The translations under genes were made by a program, and so were the position numbers. From positions 102,653 to 166,652 of IMG/VR virus record IMGVR_UViG_3300025030_000004: a stretch of 64,000 bases of DNA. One strand, 5' to 3'. This DNA is from a virus. The notes beneath the pieces are model-generated. The model worked only from the letters and a program-made list of their open reading frames with translations, was not told where the DNA came from and made no database searches. How positions within the stretch are numbered: position 1 is the stretch's first letter; every line of letters starts with the position of its first letter. Shown in pieces: positions 60,165 to 64,000 of the stretch.

Positions 60165-60800
60165 ATGTATGAAATTGTAGAGGTAAAATGGATTTCATAT
60201 CCCAAAAAGAGTAAAGTAAATTTATCTAAAGAAAGTGCAATATTAAAATTCACAAATGGTAGATCAGTTAAGTTTTATAGACCACATTTAGTAAAAGGAC
60301 TAACAAACGTTTCAATAGGGACAAAATTCCATCTTATTTATCGAGAGGATGGAGTAGGTGAATATGGCCAAGAATATGAAATGACAAAGGCAGTAAGCTT
60401 AAAAGATAAGGATTTGTCTAAGTTTATAAATACCTATAATCCGAATACCTTATTTATTGAGAATTATATACTACATGGATTAAGTATAAGTCCTTATGGA
60501 GATGAAGAATATTATAATTGGTTATGCGACTATGTATTAAAAATATCTAGAAGTAATGATGAAAGAATGCCGAAATTACTATATTCAGAGATAAGTAAAG
60601 ATCCACTTAAAAAGTCATATAAGGGATATAATTTTGAGGAGGTTAAAAGTTGTATATACGATAGAGTTGCCAATATTATTAAAGAAGATTTTGATATTGA
60701 GAAAGCATGGAACAATTTAATTGGTATAAATGCTGGAAGATATACGATGTTTAAAGGCAGAAGTATAGATAGTTATTTTCCGGGACATTGGACTGATTAA
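60165..60800 (+). CDS. Hypothetical protein
   Basis: AAGGAG SD. Confidence 0.6.
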   Translation: MYEIVEVKWISYPKKSKVNLSKESAILKFTNGRSVKFYRPHLVKGLTNVSIGTKFHLIYREDGVGEYGQEYEMTKAVSLKDKDLSKFINTYNPNTLFIENYILHGLSISPYGDEEYYNWLCDYVLKISRSNDERMPKLLYSEISKDPLKKSYKGYNFEEVKSCIYDRVANIIKEDFDIEKAWNNLIGINAGRYTMFKGRSIDSYFPGHWTD

Positions 60801-60821
60801 TATAAAGGAGGAGTTAAAATA

Positions 60822-61124
60822 ATGCAATATAAATTAGAAGATGTGAATATACAGGAAGAATACAATCAATTAACCATAGATCAAAAAGAGGAATTGCAAA
60901 GTTGGATAAAAGGAAGGTTTATACATTGTAAAACTATAAATAAGACTTATACTTCATATGGGTATAAGCATATTTTTGAAAACGACAGACACGGATTTTA
61001 TATTTCTAACGAACAATTCAAAGGTGCAATGTTGGAGGCAGGGTATATACCAAGGGATAAATTATCTAAGAACTGGAATTTTTACGTTAAGTTTTTTACT
61101 TTAGCAAATGATGATATGACTTGA
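60822..61124 (+). CDS. Conserved protein (TSYGxKH motif)
   Basis: 'TSYGYKHIFE...YISNEQFKGAMLEAGY..NWNF'. Confidence 0.65.
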   Translation: MQYKLEDVNIQEEYNQLTIDQKEELQSWIKGRFIHCKTINKTYTSYGYKHIFENDRHGFYISNEQFKGAMLEAGYIPRDKLSKNWNFYVKFFTLANDDMT

Positions 61125-61153
61125 TTAAAAGTAATAGAGGAGGATAAATAATA

Positions 61154-61468
61154 ATGCTTAAATTATATTACCGTCTAAAGATATGGAAACTTAAAAGAGA
61201 CTTAAAATTCTATGAGAAAATTACAGGCGAACAAAACATACATAAACAAAAAGAATTAAACCATTACATTAGAAAACTGGATAATTACAATCAATCACTG
61301 TATATTTACTGTCCTCTGTGTTGGAATGAATTAATAAGTAGTGATAGTTTTGTTAGTGATGAGGATGTAGTTACCTATAAATGTTCTAAGTGTTTATTGA
61401 TTTCTAGATGGGCTTTTGATAGTGCTCCAGTGCCGATTTTAATTAAGGATAAGAAAGGAGGAAAATAA
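61154..61468 (+). CDS. Zn-ribbon protein
   Basis: CPLC...CSKC. Confidence 0.6.
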   Translation: MLKLYYRLKIWKLKRDLKFYEKITGEQNIHKQKELNHYIRKLDNYNQSLYIYCPLCWNELISSDSFVSDEDVVTYKCSKCLLISRWAFDSAPVPILIKDKKGGK

Positions 61469-61471
61469 ACA

Positions 61472-61741
61472 ATGTTAGAATTCTATAAGATAAAAAGTCC
61501 TTTCGATGAACAATATAGTTCTGGATTAAGGCATGGGTATATTCATAAGTCCAAGAAGGGTAAAACATGGAACTCCATTGGTCATGTAAAAAGTCACTTA
61601 TCTATGGTGCAAAGAATGGATAGCAAAGCATTTGATTTGTTTTATGATACTTGGTTGGTTATAAAAATTACTGAAAACGGAATTGAAAACTTAGGGAAAG
61701 TTAGGGAATTTAGAGAAAAGAATGGATGTTGGATGGGATAA
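61472..61741 (+). CDS. Hypothetical protein
   Basis: 'GKTWNSIGHVKSHL'. Confidence 0.6.
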   Translation: MLEFYKIKSPFDEQYSSGLRHGYIHKSKKGKTWNSIGHVKSHLSMVQRMDSKAFDLFYDTWLVIKITENGIENLGKVREFREKNGCWMG

Positions 61742-61784
61742 CCCAATAAAAGGCATGTTTTAAGCTAATTGGAAAGGAGCAAAT

Positions 61785-62045
61785 ATGAAAAGTAATTGCC
61801 TATTAGGAGCGATAAAACAATATATAAAATATCCTACAAATACTATAATACATATGCGTGGTTCATGGTTAGAAGTATTCCAATGTAAATGGCCTCATTT
61901 CTACTGGTTAGATAAGAGAGATAATCATTATTACCATTTTTGTGCTAAGTATTCGGATGAACCATTTATAAATCAAATCTGGTTTCAGGGTGAGGTTAAA
62001 AGGTTTCTATGGCATGACAAAAGTATTAGAAAGGAGATATTATGA
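61785..62045 (+). CDS. Hypothetical protein
   Basis: 'SNCL', 'PHFYW', 'WFQG'. Confidence 0.6.
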   Translation: MKSNCLLGAIKQYIKYPTNTIIHMRGSWLEVFQCKWPHFYWLDKRDNHYYHFCAKYSDEPFINQIWFQGEVKRFLWHDKSIRKEIL

Positions 62046-62100
62046 ATTTATAATAGTATAAACCCTTATTTTAAAGTATCTAATAAGCAAAATATAAAAT

Positions 62101-63471
62101 ATGGAAGAGGATAATATATTGAAACCAATATTTGCAGAGGAAAAGATATTCCTTGAAAAACGATTAGAATTAGAACTACCTACGGATTGTTGGAGAGATG
62201 GATCTAAAATATATCTAGACCCAACATGTACAAAACCATTATATATTTTTAAGGTGGATAATAAATTAATTAAAATTACAAAAGACAACTCAGAATTATT
62301 TACAGAATATAAACAGAAACAATTGGCTGATTTAATTGAAATATATGATGATAAATTAAACCAACAGAAACAAAAATCAATTGATAAAACAGTTGAATAC
62401 ATGTTAGAACATCAAAATTATAGATATGTAATAAGTCATAGTGGAGGTAAAGATTCCACAATAACATATTATATTTGGTTAAAAACATTAAATATTCTCA
62501 AAGAAGATTATCCAGATATCTATAATAATCTTAATTGGGAAATAAACTTTTCTAATACTAGTAACGATACTGCCGATACATACAAATATATTAAAACATT
62601 ACCAAGGGATAAACTACGTATTCTCAATCCTCCTGTTGGATTCTATCAATGGATAATAAAAACTAAAAACTATTTCATTCCGTCTGCTATGGTTAGGAAT
62701 TGTTGCTCTACATATAAAGAAGGACAAATAAATAAGTATTACAACAAGAAAGAAAATATTATAATGGTGACTGGGGTAAGAAAATACGAATCAACAAAAA
62801 GAGCGAAATATGAATTTGTAATGGACTCTGAATTTAGAACGGAACTTCATGGAAAAGATAATTTAGCTAAACCTTGGATTACCTTAGCTCCAATAGTAGA
62901 ATGGAAAGATGAGGAAGTTTGGTTATATATTTTACGTGAACAATTAGAATATAATAATCAGTATAATGTAGGATTTAATAGGTGTGGATGTCTGATCTGC
63001 CCATACCAAAGTGATTATATAGACCTAATTATTGAAGAAAAATATCCAAAACAATGGATTAGATGGATTGAAATATTAAAAAAGAATTATGTCATTTGGC
63101 ATGTAAGAGAACATTTAAAATGGTCATTAGAGGAATGGATTAATGGTAAATGGAAACAAGGGACGAGTAAGGAATATGAATTAATTAATCTTTCTCTTAC
63201 AGAAGATAGAGTTAAACAATTAGCAAAATTAAAAGGTATATCGAAGATAATGGCTAAGAAGTATTGGAATAAAAAATGTGCTTGTGGGAAGAAATTAAAT
63301 CCTACGGAGATTGCAATGAATTATAAAACGTTTGGTAGGTTTGAAAATATAGACAATGATACTAGAGAGTTATTGTGTAAAAAGTGTTTCTGTGAGCAAG
63401 AGAGAATTACTAAGAAAGAGTATGCCGAACTTACATATAGATACTTAGATGAGGGATGCAATTTGTTTTAA
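62101..63471 (+). CDS. PAPS-reductase family (DndC/CysH-like PP-loop, Fe-S) protein
   Basis: 'SHSGGKDS', 'RNCCSTYK', 'GVRKYES.KR', 'PIVEW..EEVW', 'RCGCLICP'. Confidence 0.85.
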   Translation: MEEDNILKPIFAEEKIFLEKRLELELPTDCWRDGSKIYLDPTCTKPLYIFKVDNKLIKITKDNSELFTEYKQKQLADLIEIYDDKLNQQKQKSIDKTVEYMLEHQNYRYVISHSGGKDSTITYYIWLKTLNILKEDYPDIYNNLNWEINFSNTSNDTADTYKYIKTLPRDKLRILNPPVGFYQWIIKTKNYFIPSAMVRNCCSTYKEGQINKYYNKKENIIMVTGVRKYESTKRAKYEFVMDSEFRTELHGKDNLAKPWITLAPIVEWKDEEVWLYILREQLEYNNQYNVGFNRCGCLICPYQSDYIDLIIEEKYPKQWIRWIEILKKNYVIWHVREHLKWSLEEWINGKWKQGTSKEYELINLSLTEDRVKQLAKLKGISKIMAKKYWNKKCACGKKLNPTEIAMNYKTFGRFENIDNDTRELLCKKCFCEQERITKKEYAELTYRYLDEGCNLF

Positions 63472-63528
63472 TACATATTTTAAATTTTATGGTATAATAA
63501 TTGGGTAAATTTAAAAGGAGTTGAGATA

Positions 63529-63726
63529 ATGAAAATATTTTTTGAATTAGAAACAATAGAAACACCAAATAATTGTTCAAAATGTCCAATAGGTTATTAT
63601 GAAACTAATGATGATGGAGAATATGTTTATTGTGTTTTATTATCATATATCAAAAATGAGCAAGTCGAAGGTGATTTTACGAAACGTAGAAAAGATTGCC
63701 CTTTGAAGTTCGAAGATGAGAAATAA
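63529..63726 (+). CDS. Small Cys-rich phage protein
   Basis: 'PNNCSKCP...R.KDCPL'. Confidence 0.6.
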   Translation: MKIFFELETIETPNNCSKCPIGYYETNDDGEYVYCVLLSYIKNEQVEGDFTKRRKDCPLKFEDEK

Positions 63727-64000
63727 GTAAAATAGGAGTTATAAATTTCTTTTGTTAATTACGAGGAGATTTATAACTCTCAAATGAAATTCATAGTTTA
63801 TAGGGTACATAATGAACAATAAATAATTTTATTTAACCTCTTGTATTTGGTAGCAGGAGGTTATATAATTAATCAAACCCCACGAAATTATATTTTCAAT
63901 CTATTTTGAAAGGAATGATTTTTATGTTTGAAAAAGATGAAGTGGTATGGTGTAGACCTAATTTAAGTGATGCACCGATTTGTGGTAAATATGTTGAGAA

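Larger units (their letters stand above)
1..64000. mobile_element. Large SPbeta-like (YonO-encoding) Firmicutes phage/prophage segment
   Basis: Gene order RNAP(YonO)-PhoH-HU-YonK-YonJ-terminase-portal-protease-capsid-neck resembles the SPbeta yon/yom cluster; no host housekeeping operons seen. Confidence 0.9.

Noticed and set aside
1-64000. CRISPR array or tRNA genes
   Set aside because: No regularly spaced identical repeats and no cloverleaf with a T-loop consensus found by eye

Overview
AT-rich fragment of a large SPbeta-like (YonO-encoding) Firmicutes phage or prophage. Left arm (1-30.5 kb, minus strand): a wHTH initiator-like gene with adjacent iterons, an SF2 helicase, a YonO-type single-subunit RNA polymerase, PIN-PhoH, HU, YonK- and YonJ-like genes, ClpP, then the head module (terminase, portal, protease/scaffold, capsid, neck). 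Five free-standing endonuclease genes are interspersed. A 1.7 kb noncoding divergence zone with a sharp strand-skew flip follows (30.6-32.3 kb). Right arm (32.3-64 kb, plus strand): about 60 small early/accessory genes, including ART-like, DUF932, DUF3560, ArdC-like, DUF262, Lar-like, a tyrosine recombinase, a PAPS-reductase and a secreted peptide. Three noncoding patterns stand out. (1) About 25 TAAAA-N6-TTTTA-type palindromes sit at gene boundaries and look like tyrosine-recombinase cassette sites. (2) Long G-U-containing intergenic hairpins with AUAACA loops follow a ~340-nt structured leader. (3) A ~700-nt multi-hairpin noncoding block lies in the late operon. All family calls come from motif recognition and synteny, not database searches. 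Counts were made by eye.
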